DNA of 64,000 nt from an uncultured Clostridia bacterium (GTDB taxonomy: Bacteria; Bacillota; Clostridia; Oscillospirales; CAG-272), in NCBI GenBank assembly GCA_947302045.1, contig CAMYUQ010000001.1:6035-70034 (forward strand), in the 5' to 3' direction. The position numbers were made by a program, and so were the translations under genes. Each line of letters begins with the position of its first letter. Position 1 is the first letter of the stretch. Below the pieces are notes generated by a model that was given only the letters and a program-made list of their open reading frames with translations, was not told the origin of the DNA and ran no database searches. This document shows, piece after piece, positions 18,926-26,652 of the stretch.

Positions 18926-19996
18926 TCAGAACACTGCCACGGGCATCAGTTTTTCGATCAATCCGATCATGCGGGGATCCTTTTCAAATAGTTTGAATCT
19001 CTCCCCTTTCAGTACTTTCAGAAGCAGTCCGGACTGGTTTTCGGTAAAATTCTTTACGCCGTCCGCGCAGGATAATTTCACCTTGTTTACCAGAAAAGAA
19101 GTGTACATTCCGTCTTTCAGCGTATCGGATTTGATCGCGTGTTCCGCGGATTTTTCAAGACATTCAAACATTTTCTCCGTATCGTTTAATTTCAAATAAT
19201 CTTTCGCCGTTTCCCGGTAGAATTCCGCATATCTCACATGAAAAAAACCGCAGTTTCCGTCCGAATAAAGCAAATCGAACAACTGAATCAAAAATTCATA
19301 CGCCCGGATCGTCTCTTCCGGCGTGTATTTTCCCTTCATGCACATCATTTGCGTATTCAGATTGATCATATCAAAAAGGGCTTGCACGTTGGTCTGGCAG
19401 TATTCGACCGCCTCGTCGCCTTCCAGCAGGCGCGGCATCAATTCATTGACGGTAATAGAGTAGTTATACGCCATTTTCGCGTATTGCTTTGCGGATTCCG
19501 CATCTTTTTTCGCATAATAATAAGTGAAACAAAGGCATTGGATCGCCCCGCCCCGTAGAACGCTGTCGGTAGATTCTTCCAGAATCCGCTTGCCGTATTC
19601 GATGATCTCGTCGGCGTTTTCTTTGCGGTCTTCCGCAGACAGAGCATACATCAAACCGTGAATGACCGACATCTCGTTCGGAAATTCTTTTTCCGCCTCT
19701 CTCCAAAGGGCAACGCGCTCCGAAGTTTTGCCTTCGTGGAACAATTCCATGTCCTTTTTCTCATACGAATTCAGTTTTTTCTCTTTTTCGATCGTTCCGA
19801 CGCCGAGAAGATCGTCAATGCTCACATTGTAATAGGAAGCGATCGCGGGCAGCAAGGTGATATCCGGATATCCTTCCTCCCTTTCCCATTTGGAAACCGC
19901 TTGCATCGTGATCCCGAGATACGCCGCCAGTTCTTCCTGCGTATTGCCCTTTTCCCTGCGCAATTTTTTGAGTTGTTCGCTCAGATAAATGTTCAT
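18926..19996 (-). CDS. XRE-family HTH regulator with ~290-aa helical-repeat (TPR-like) C-domain
   Basis: Start at ATG 19994-19996 (MNIYLSEQLKKLRREKGNTQEELAAYLGITMQAVSKWEREEGYPDITLL..LLGVG) after GGGAGGAG. The C-terminus is rich in paired helices. Confidence 0.8.
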   Translation of the reverse strand: MNIYLSEQLKKLRREKGNTQEELAAYLGITMQAVSKWEREEGYPDITLLPAIASYYNVSIDDLLGVGTIEKEKKLNSYEKKDMELFHEGKTSERVALWREAEKEFPNEMSVIHGLMYALSAEDRKENADEIIEYGKRILEESTDSVLRGGAIQCLCFTYYYAKKDAESAKQYAKMAYNYSITVNELMPRLLEGDEAVEYCQTNVQALFDMINLNTQMMCMKGKYTPEETIRAYEFLIQLFDLLYSDGNCGFFHVRYAEFYRETAKDYLKLNDTEKMFECLEKSAEHAIKSDTLKDGMYTSFLVNKVKLSCADGVKNFTENQSGLLLKVLKGERFKLFEKDPRMIGLIEKLMPVAVF

Positions 19997-20267
19997 TTTC
20001 TCCTCCCGTATTTCGATAATAAGAAACAAGCGCCTGTTCTTGCTTTCAGTATAACAGATAACCCACCGAAAAGCAATAACCGTATTGTTGACGAGCGGTT
20101 GTTTTTTTCAACGAATGGTTTAGAAAATGACAAAAGCAAGATTGCAGACGCCGCGTACCATTTACTCATCCATCAGGTCGCAACCTTGCCGGCTTATCAT
20201 CCGCTCTGCTTTGTCAACTACTTTCCCGATATTTCGCAAGAAACGCAAAAATAATTTCGGAAAACTC

Positions 20268-20296
20268 TTGACAAAGTACGATCAGCGTGATATAAT
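20268..20296 (+). promoter_or_regulatory. sigma-A promoter for the tRNA-Met/tRNA-Glu pair (perfect consensus)
   Basis: TTGACA 20268-20273, 17-nt spacer, TATAAT 20291-20296. Confidence 0.8.
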
Positions 20297-20313
20297 ATTC
20301 AAGCGTTGAGCAT

Positions 20314-20390
20314 GGCGGGATAGCTCAGTTGGCTAGAGCAACCGGTTCATACCCGGTAGGTCATGGGTTCAAGTCCAATTCCCGCTACCA
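20314..20390 (+). tRNA. tRNA-Met (anticodon CAT; elongator-like)
   Basis: 77 nt: GGCGGGATAGCTCAGTTGGCTAGAGCAACCGGTTCATACCCGGTAGGTCATGGGTTCAAGTCCAATTCCCGCTACCA. Cloverleaf with anticodon loop TTCATAC and encoded CCA. A lysidine-modified Ile2 identity cannot be excluded by eye. Confidence 0.9.
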
Positions 20391-20392
20391 TC

Positions 20393-20467
20393 GGCCCGTT
20401 GGTCAAGAGGTTAAGACACCGCCCTTTCACGGCAGTAACAGCAGTTCGATTCTGCTACGGGTCACCA
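20393..20467 (+). tRNA. tRNA-Glu (anticodon TTC)
   Basis: 75 nt: GGCCCGTTGGTCAAGAGGTTAAGACACCGCCCTTTCACGGCAGTAACAGCAGTTCGATTCTGCTACGGGTCACCA. Acceptor GGCCCGT/ACGGGTC, encoded CCA. Confidence 0.9.
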
Positions 20468-20475
20468 AACGTAAC

Positions 20476-20522
20476 AAATCCGAACTATTTCGTAAATCGA
20501 AATTGGTTCGGATTTGTTTTTT
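20476..20522 (+). terminator. Intrinsic terminator after the tRNA pair
   Basis: AAATCCGAAC..GTTCGGATTT stem followed by GTTTTTT. Confidence 0.8.
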
Positions 20523-20552
20523 ACTATAATTACTCAAGTTAATGCCAAATGT

Positions 20553-20643
20553 ACCGCCGAGAGCAACCTAACGGTTACTCTCGGCGGTTTGTGTTAAACA
20601 TTTGCAGCTACCTCTTTAAAATATCACAAAAATATGATATAAT
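20553..20643 (+). repeat. Copy 1 of a ~90-bp terminator-hairpin + promoter module
   Basis: ACCGCCGAGAGCAACCTAACGGTTACTCTCGGCGG (20553-20587) matches 22006-22040 at 32 of 35 positions. About 45 nt further, ..ATATGATATAAT (TGnTATAAT at 20635-20643) repeats at 22097-22105. Confidence 0.7.
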
Positions 20644-20789
20644 AAATACGGCTTAAACGCGACCATTTGATTTCGAACGAATATTATAAATGCGTTTGTA
20701 GTGGAGTTAACGATTTGTTATATTTTTTTTCTGAGTATTTACTGCTATAATGTCATCAGAAAGAGTAGCTACGATCTTTCTATCAAATC

Positions 20790-21968
20790 ATGAAAGAAGG
20801 AATGAATATGTTGAATTTTGGTCAAAAAATTAAGAAGTTGCGCACGGATGCAGGCTTGTCGCAAGCGATGCTTGCTGAACACATTGGTGTTTCGGTTCAG
20901 TCTATATCCAACTGGGAATGTAATAACACCATGCCGGATATCTCTCAAATTGTTCCGCTTGCAAGCATCCTTTGTGTTTCAACCGATTATTTACTCGGAG
21001 TCGGATTCGACGAAAAAGCCGATCACGAAGCACTTATCCGCAACGTGAACACCGTTTGGGCAAATTATTCCGTCAACACAAAAGAAAACAATGCCGATTT
21101 GTTGGTCGCTGATCTGTATAAAGAGTATCTGCGCAAGTATCCTACCGATTACGAGGCAAAATATAAGTGCGCTTTGGCTTTATACGATTATCTTTTGGTA
21201 GACAAGGTAAGAGGAAAATTTCATATTGAAGCAGATGCCTATGAGTCAATCTACACTCCGTGCAAATCGATGCTGTCCTCGGTTTGTAACAACACCTTGA
21301 AAATAGAGCTTCAGATAAATGCCAATCAGTTGATGATCGTGCTTTTGCTCTTGAACGATAACTTTGATGAAGCTCTGCATTTCGTTGAAATGCTTCCGGA
21401 AACGTGCGGAATCAAATGCGAGGCACAAAGCAAGGTGTTGTACGCTCAAAAAGCAAACGGCAAGGCAAATCAAGTAAAGTTGATGGCAGATAAAGAAAAA
21501 TGCTTGAATTACCTGATGGCATTGTACGAGAGCGTGATTTCCGGTGCATATGAGAAAGATAAATCACTCTCGGTATTGGAGCACGCCGAAAGCACTGCAA
21601 AAACGGCAGTATCTTTGTATATGGATGCAACAACGCTTGCCGTGAATTCTTATGAAAAAATGCCGTATTGCTATCTGATCACGGCGTACACTATGATGTG
21701 CAAAATTCATTTGCTGAATAGCGATTACGATGCTGCATATACAGCGCTTGACAAAGCCGCAAAAACAGCGTGTGAAATGTATGTGTGGGTAAAAGGAAAG
21801 ACACAAGATAAAGAAATTTTGGCAGATTACAAGTTCTTTGCTGAAAAGACCCCTCATTGGGCATTTAGTTTTAGCGGCTTGTATTCAAGTGAAGATAATG
21901 ATTTCACAAGGTCGGAATGTTATAAAAACGCAGTTAAAGAAATCGAGAAAGTTCTTTGTGATGCTTAA
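20790..21968 (+). CDS. XRE-family HTH regulator with ~300-aa helical-repeat C-domain (AT-rich paralogue of 18926-19996)
   Basis: ..MLNFGQKIKKLRTDAGLSQAMLAEHIGVSVQSISNWECNNTMPDISQIVPLASILCVSTDYLLGVG... In-frame ATGs at 20790, 20802 and 20808; the last has the best SD spacing (AGAAGGA). Confidence 0.8.
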   Translation: MKEGMNMLNFGQKIKKLRTDAGLSQAMLAEHIGVSVQSISNWECNNTMPDISQIVPLASILCVSTDYLLGVGFDEKADHEALIRNVNTVWANYSVNTKENNADLLVADLYKEYLRKYPTDYEAKYKCALALYDYLLVDKVRGKFHIEADAYESIYTPCKSMLSSVCNNTLKIELQINANQLMIVLLLLNDNFDEALHFVEMLPETCGIKCEAQSKVLYAQKANGKANQVKLMADKEKCLNYLMALYESVISGAYEKDKSLSVLEHAESTAKTAVSLYMDATTLAVNSYEKMPYCYLITAYTMMCKIHLLNSDYDAAYTALDKAAKTACEMYVWVKGKTQDKEILADYKFFAEKTPHWAFSFSGLYSSEDNDFTRSECYKNAVKEIEKVLCDA

Positions 21969-22005
21969 TATTTGCACGTTAAATTAACAAGTCTATAAAA
22001 CAAAC

Positions 22006-22105
22006 ACCGCTGAGAGCGACCAAACGGTTACTCTCGGCGGCGTTTATTTTTTTAATAATACGATATGTGACAGCACTTTACAAAATGTGGAATATATGAT
22101 ATAAT
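22006..22105 (+). repeat. Copy 2 of the terminator-hairpin + promoter module
   Basis: ACCGCTGAGAGCGACCAAACGGTTACTCTCGGCGG + GTTTATTTTTTT acts as terminator of the XRE gene. It is followed by ..ATATGATATAAT with TATAAT at 22100-22105. Confidence 0.7.
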
Positions 22106-22120
22106 TGTAATTGTTTATAA

Positions 22121-22390
22121 TGCTTTCAATTTATCTTCCGTAACCTTGACCTGAGATTCGAGAAAAATAAGGAACGCTTGATCGATGGTCTGGTCAAAGC
22201 GATATTCGTTTACGATGATTATATCAAGCTCATCCTCACCTTCGATGATAAGCCCATCAACATCCCTACAACCGAAGAAATTGAATATATGGCTAATAGT
22301 TCGGACATTCAATCGTCCGCTTCACCACGAAAAAAGCACTGCGAAAGCAGTGCTTTTTTCAACGAAGCGTTCCGCTTACGCGGAACGTGA
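22121..22390 (+). pseudogene. C-terminal remnant of a serine recombinase gene
   Basis: An open frame without a start reads CFQFIFRNLDLRFEKNKERLIDGLVKAIFVYDDYIKLILTFDDKPINIPTTEEIEYMANSSDIQSSASP... The ..LID.FV.AIy.YDD...l.F.. tail is characteristic of clostridial recombinase-family proteins (recalled, not searched). Confidence 0.5.
22330..22359. terminator. Bidirectional terminator hairpin
   Basis: AAAAAAGCACTGC-GAAA-GCAGTGCTTTTTT is a 13-bp stem with a GNRA loop. Confidence 0.75.
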
Positions 22391-22538
22391 AGCGCACTTC
22401 GTGCGTGAAGTGTGCCTTCGGCACGATGACGGAACGTCTTCACTTGCCGCAAAACGGCAAACTTCATGGCAAGCGAAAGCAAGCCGCTTCACTTGTCCGC
22501 AATGGCAAACATCACTGATCTTTCACCTCATTCCATAG
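22361..22538. other. Dense array of short GC-rich hairpins with GTGAAG/CTTCAC flanks (structured RNA or recombination-site relic)
   Basis: Hairpins at 22367-22388 (loop TTAC), 22392-22406, 22412-22424 (GTGCC-TTC-GGCAC), 22444-22460 and 22493-22508. There are two GTGAAG+hairpin units, then two CTTCAC+hairpin units (22438-22462 and 22487-22510, ~21/25 identical). Lies between two terminators. Confidence 0.3.
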
Positions 22539-22542
22539 AAAG

Positions 22543-22571
22543 AGCCCGCCGTTGGTTCGGCGGGCTTTTTG
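22543..22571. terminator. Bidirectional terminator (serves the minus-strand yfcC-like gene)
   Basis: AGCCCGCCG-TTGGTT-CGGCGGGCT + TTTTT, with a T-rich run on the other strand too. Confidence 0.8.
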
Positions 22572-22586
22572 ATTTGAATGGCGTTT

Positions 22587-24026
22587 TCAGTAAGAAATCG
22601 CTACGCCGATGACGATGAAGAGGATCACCAGCGCGAAATTCACCAAAAAGAGCAACCAACTCTTTTTCACCCACCGGAAATAGTCCACGCCGATCATGGA
22701 GAGCGAGATCAGGAGAACCGGCGAGGTCGGGAACAGGACGTTCGTGTAGCCGTCCGCAAACGTATAGAGCAATACCATCATCTGTTTGCTCAGTCCGATG
22801 TTGACCATCGCAAGCAGTCCCATCACCAGAACGGCTTTTGCGGTCGAGGATGAAATGAAAAATTCCAGCGCGAGGACGATCAGGTAGATCAGAAGCGCGA
22901 TCAGGAAAATATTCTTCCCTGCCGAGAGCGTGTTGATCTGATGTACTACGGTCGGCAGAATCCTGCCCTCTTCAAAGATGTATTTTACAGATGCCGCGCA
23001 AGCGATGAAAACGACCGTCGGCAACGCGCCGAGCAGTCCTTTCCCGAAGCTCTTGAAAACAGCGCCCGGAGTTCCTGTTACGAGAATCCCCGCAAGGATC
23101 CCGAAAATCAGGAAATATGCGATCAGGATCACGACCGTATACGACCGGATCGCGGAAATACTTGACGCCGCAATAATAAGCAGTAGGGAAAGGATCAGGA
23201 AAACTGCGTAAACGAGCTGCGTCTTCCGGGTGTTCCGGGAGGCGTTCTCGTATTGTTCTCCGCCGTCTGCCGCCAGCGTCTCCCGCAGTTGCCTGTCGTG
23301 CGAGAGCGTCACGCTCTTTTCCGGATTCTTTTCGATCCCGTGCACATAAAAGAACAGATACCCTGCAAACAGCAAAAACATAACGACGAAGATAATCAGT
23401 CGATACCAGATATGCTCCATGGGGTTGACGCCGATGATCTCGGACGCAAGCAGGACCGTGAACGGGTTGGTGATCGCCCCGGCAAATCCGAATCCGCACG
23501 CCACGATACAACACAAAAAGCCGGTAAAGGAGTCGTAGCCGAGCGTTACGCAAAGGATCGCGATAACCGGCAGCATCGTCAGCATTTCTTCAAACAGTCC
23601 GAGGAAAGAACCGAAGCAGTAGAACAACAAAGAGATCAGGATCAGAAGCGTTTTCTTTCGGTTCTGAAATTTTGTCGAAACGGCTCCGACCATCGCCCGG
23701 ATCCCGCCGACGTCGTTCATCACCTGGAAAGACGCAGAGATCACAAGCAAAAAGATCGTCAGCATCAGCAGGGAGAGCCCGTCAGACGAGAAGAATACAA
23801 GAACCGGCGCAAAAATCGCCTTCACCGGAGAAATTCCGCTCCGGTCATTGAGCCGGATGTAATTCAGATAATCGACTTCTCCGTTACCCAGTTTTCCGAA
23901 TTCCCCTCTCGGGATCACATAGGTCAGGATCGCGGATACCGCCACCAGCGCAAACAGCAGGATCGTTACCTGCAAAAAGGTCTTGCGAGAAATATTGATC
24001 AGCGGTTTTGCTTTTTGCTTTTGCAT
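22587..24026 (-). CDS. YfcC-family integral membrane transporter (C4-dicarboxylate anaerobic carrier-like)
   Basis: 479 aa, multi-TM. The N-terminus MQKQKAKPLINISRKTFLQVTILLFALV..GEVDYLNYI.. is typical of YfcC/ArcD-type carriers. Starts 1 nt after the upstream stop. Confidence 0.75.
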   Translation of the reverse strand: MQKQKAKPLINISRKTFLQVTILLFALVAVSAILTYVIPRGEFGKLGNGEVDYLNYIRLNDRSGISPVKAIFAPVLVFFSSDGLSLLMLTIFLLVISASFQVMNDVGGIRAMVGAVSTKFQNRKKTLLILISLLFYCFGSFLGLFEEMLTMLPVIAILCVTLGYDSFTGFLCCIVACGFGFAGAITNPFTVLLASEIIGVNPMEHIWYRLIIFVVMFLLFAGYLFFYVHGIEKNPEKSVTLSHDRQLRETLAADGGEQYENASRNTRKTQLVYAVFLILSLLLIIAASSISAIRSYTVVILIAYFLIFGILAGILVTGTPGAVFKSFGKGLLGALPTVVFIACAASVKYIFEEGRILPTVVHQINTLSAGKNIFLIALLIYLIVLALEFFISSSTAKAVLVMGLLAMVNIGLSKQMMVLLYTFADGYTNVLFPTSPVLLISLSMIGVDYFRWVKKSWLLFLVNFALVILFIVIGVAISY

Positions 24027-24027
24027 T

Positions 24028-25920
24028 TCAAATCGTCCTTTCTGTCTTTTTCTCGGAATGATTTTCGGTTTCTTTCCTGCGGCGTGCCGTCAGCAGATCG
24101 ACGATCATCGCCCACCGCACCACCTGACGGCGATTCTCACGGGGATAGAAATAATACAACCGGTTCTCATGGTAGAGTTCAAACTCCTCCCCACAGGAAA
24201 ACGGAAGAGCCGGAAGCTCGGAAATTGCCACGGAAAACTGTTCGGATCCGGAACGGTAGGTGAATTCCCGCGCGTTCAGCGAGCAGATTCCCTTCTCCCG
24301 TTTTCTGACCTTTCCGTTTGCGTCAAACACCTTTATTTTTACATTGCACTCCAAAGCTACCGTATCAAGCTCTTTGGCTTCAAGCTGCGCGATTTCGCGG
24401 TAATATCCGGAAATACTGCCGGGAGAGCCGATAAAGCGGTACCGTTCATCCAGCGTATGGACCGCGCCGCACGCGGAGCAGACAAGCGAATTGCCCTGCC
24501 CGACGGTCGTATAGAGTTCCCCGCAATCGGCACACCGGTAAAGGATCTTTTCCAATCCTTTCGCCTTTTCCGTCTGCGGGTAAACGTTTTCGGAAGTTTC
24601 CGAAGCGTCGCGGTTCAGGGTCTTGGCGATCAGCGCGTTCAACTCCGCATCGGTCATCCCCGGCAGTTCCTCCCGGCGGATGACACGGGCAACCTTGACG
24701 TCGATCCGGGACGGGAAGGATTGCTTCCTCCATTTCGGCTTTGCAAAATAGGCGCCCGCAATATTGAGAAGAACGATGTCGACGTTGAGCTTCCGATAAA
24801 ACGACGCCGCCTCTTGCAGGATCGGGTTTGAACGCCCGTCCGGAGAAAGCCGCCCCTCCGGGAACACAGCGACGGGATAGCCGCGCTGGATCATCCGCAG
24901 GATGCCGACCGTCGTTTCAAAATCCGGAACGAACAGCCGTTTGGAGATCATGCCGCCTTTTTTCCAAAGCTTCCGGAAAGGCGCAAGCGTCAGGTAATAC
25001 CGGTTGACAACGAAAGACGCGCGGTGATCCGGATCAAACAGGGAAACATAATAAAAATCAAAGAACGATTCGTGATTGCAAAGGATCAGATAGGGAGGGT
25101 TCAGCTCCGGCGGAACCGGATCCACCCGGATTTGTTTCTTTTTGGAACAGATCAGGCGAGCAAACCGGAGAAACGCGACGTTGAGGATCGAATCGGGGGT
25201 CCCGCTGTTCTCCCGGAAATAGATTTTGTCCAGAAAAAGGAAAATGAGGATAAAAAGCGCCGCCGCTAACAGAACGATAATGGCGATGAGCAAGCCGATC
25301 GGCAAAGAATTGGAAAGAAACGCCTTCCCTGCCGCGCCCATGAGATTGGAAACCACAATGGACGGGATCACACCCGCCGCAACGGTCAGAATATAGGGAC
25401 CGTAACGGATCCGCGTACTGCTGCCGTAATAACAAATCGCGCCGAACGGAATGAGCGGCATGAAAAACAGGAAGAACAAAAGCAGGATCGTATTCCGTTC
25501 TTTTTTGGAAGCCGATGAAAGTTTTTCGATCTTTTCGCGGCTCTTTTCGTACGCGGAGTTGTTAAACCGAAAGGTGCGAACCAATATAAAAATAATGGTT
25601 GCACCCAGGCAGACGCCCAGATCGCAAAGGAGCAACGCGACTGGGAAAGGATAGCTGAGTCCGCTCGAAATCTGGATAAACTCCGCCGGAATAAAAATCA
25701 CGACCATTTGGAGCGCTTCCACCAAGGTCACCGTAAAGAAACCGAGCACGCCCTTTTCCCGAAGCAAGGTACGCGCCCCGTCCAGATCATTGTTGATCTC
25801 CAACTTCAAAAACGGGACGAGGATCTCCCGCAAAAAGAAGAAAAACAAGGCAATGATTGCGATCAGTGCCACAACAATAACCGATTTTTCGATCCATTGT
25901 TTTTTCGTTTTCATAAGCAT
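24028..25920 (-). CDS. Fusion protein: VTT/DedA (TVP38-like) membrane domain + PlsC-type lysophospholipid acyltransferase + Zn-ribbon + C-terminal domain
   Basis: Start at ATG 25918-25920 (MLMKTKKQW..) after GGAG. VTT region ..IFIPAEFIQISSGLSYPF... Acyltransferase motifs NHESFFD (HX4D) and VAVFPEGRLSPDG. CADCG..CSACG ribbon. Confidence 0.75.
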   Translation of the reverse strand: MLMKTKKQWIEKSVIVVALIAIIALFFFFLREILVPFLKLEINNDLDGARTLLREKGVLGFFTVTLVEALQMVVIFIPAEFIQISSGLSYPFPVALLLCDLGVCLGATIIFILVRTFRFNNSAYEKSREKIEKLSSASKKERNTILLLFFLFFMPLIPFGAICYYGSSTRIRYGPYILTVAAGVIPSIVVSNLMGAAGKAFLSNSLPIGLLIAIIVLLAAALFILIFLFLDKIYFRENSGTPDSILNVAFLRFARLICSKKKQIRVDPVPPELNPPYLILCNHESFFDFYYVSLFDPDHRASFVVNRYYLTLAPFRKLWKKGGMISKRLFVPDFETTVGILRMIQRGYPVAVFPEGRLSPDGRSNPILQEAASFYRKLNVDIVLLNIAGAYFAKPKWRKQSFPSRIDVKVARVIRREELPGMTDAELNALIAKTLNRDASETSENVYPQTEKAKGLEKILYRCADCGELYTTVGQGNSLVCSACGAVHTLDERYRFIGSPGSISGYYREIAQLEAKELDTVALECNVKIKVFDANGKVRKREKGICSLNAREFTYRSGSEQFSVAISELPALPFSCGEEFELYHENRLYYFYPRENRRQVVRWAMIVDLLTARRRKETENHSEKKTERTI

Positions 25921-25983
25921 TGCCGTCTCCGCTGAAAGATCGGATGTCAAAAAAAGATTGCATCAAAACATAACATCTTGTTT

Positions 25984-26012
25984 ATTATACGCGAGAACCG
26001 CCTTTTTGTCAA
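25984..26012 (-). promoter_or_regulatory. sigma-A promoter for the VTT-PlsC/yfcC operon (perfect consensus)
   Basis: Minus strand reads TTGACA (26012-26007), 17-nt spacer, TATAAT (25989-25984). Confidence 0.75.
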
Positions 26013-26084
26013 GTACGGGAGAGATGTTTTTTCAGTGGAAAAACCTGCACCCGCGCGCGACAAACCTTTTTTGAAAAACATTTC

Positions 26085-26113
26085 TTGCATTCTTTGCAAA
26101 AATGTGGTATACT
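26085..26113 (+). promoter_or_regulatory. Promoter for the rrf2-nifS-nifU operon
   Basis: TTGCAT 26085-26090, 17-nt spacer, TATACT 26108-26113. Confidence 0.65.
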
Positions 26114-26148
26114 GAAATCAATCCAAACGGAATATGGAGGGAAATCAC

Positions 26149-26559
26149 ATGATGGTATCTTCCAAAGGTCGGTACGCCATGCGGCTTGTCATCGACCTTG
26201 CCCAACATACCGATACCGGCGCGGTATCGCTCAAAGAAATTTCGGATCGGCAGGAAGTTTCCCTGAAATATCTGGAATCGATCGCGTCCATGCTCAACAA
26301 GGGCGGGATCATCAAAAGCATGCGCGGAAAAGAGGGCGGATACCTGCTCGCCAGACCTGCTTCGGAAATTTCGGTTCAGCAGATCATGGCGATCACCGAG
26401 GGTTCCCTCGCGCCGGTCGCCTGCCTGGAAGAAAACGGCGCTCCCTGCGGCAGAAGCGAGCTCTGCCTGACCTTCCCGCTCTGGCAAAAGCTCGACGGGA
26501 TCATCGAATCCTATCTCTCCGGCGTCAGTATTCAGGATCTGATCGACCGCCGGATCTGA
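26149..26559 (+). CDS. Rrf2-family transcriptional regulator (IscR/CymR-like)
   Basis: MMVSSKGRYAMRLVIDLAQH..VSLKEISDRQEVSLKYLESI... Cys residues CLEENGAPCGRSELC could ligate a cluster. Start after GGAGGG. Confidence 0.85.
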   Translation: MMVSSKGRYAMRLVIDLAQHTDTGAVSLKEISDRQEVSLKYLESIASMLNKGGIIKSMRGKEGGYLLARPASEISVQQIMAITEGSLAPVACLEENGAPCGRSELCLTFPLWQKLDGIIESYLSGVSIQDLIDRRI

Positions 26560-26586
26560 TTTTGCGGAAAATATTTGAAAATCCTA

Positions 26587-26637
26587 TTGACAAGATAGGA
26601 ATTTGGTGTTATAATTCCTATGAAAAAGATAGGAATT
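26587..26637 (+). promoter_or_regulatory. Internal perfect-consensus promoter overlapped by a 9-N9-9 palindromic operator, upstream of nifS
   Basis: TTGACA 26587-26592, 17-nt spacer, TATAAT 26610-26615. ATAGGAATT (26595-26603) and AATTCCTAT (26613-26621) form a perfect inverted repeat across the -10. A further direct copy AGATAGGAATT lies at 26627-26637. Confidence 0.6.
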
Positions 26638-26652
26638 GAGAAGGAGTTTTTC

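Larger units (their letters stand above)
20523..22572. mobile_element. AT-rich islet downstream of tRNA-Met/Glu: probable remnant of an integrated element
   Basis: Abrupt composition drop: a hand count gives 39 G+C in 21301-21400 versus 59 in 12001-12100. Contains a duplicated terminator-promoter module, an XRE regulator and a serine-recombinase C-terminal fragment. No intact recombinase is present. Confidence 0.45.

Noticed and set aside
20620-20633. Identical 14-mer AATATCACAAAAAT at 20620-20633 and 59239-59252, with a related ATACCACAAAAAAT near 63610. This could be a shared regulatory box linking the two AT-rich regions.
   Set aside because: In 64 kb (both strands) several identical 14-mers are expected by chance, especially in AT-rich sequence. 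There is no extended flanking similarity.
22115-22312. 65-aa minus-strand ORF and the 117-aa + ORF at 22185-22538 in the islet.
   Set aside because: The first is antisense to the recombinase-like stump. The second is a frame running through the hairpin array and terminators. Neither has an SD or protein-like composition.
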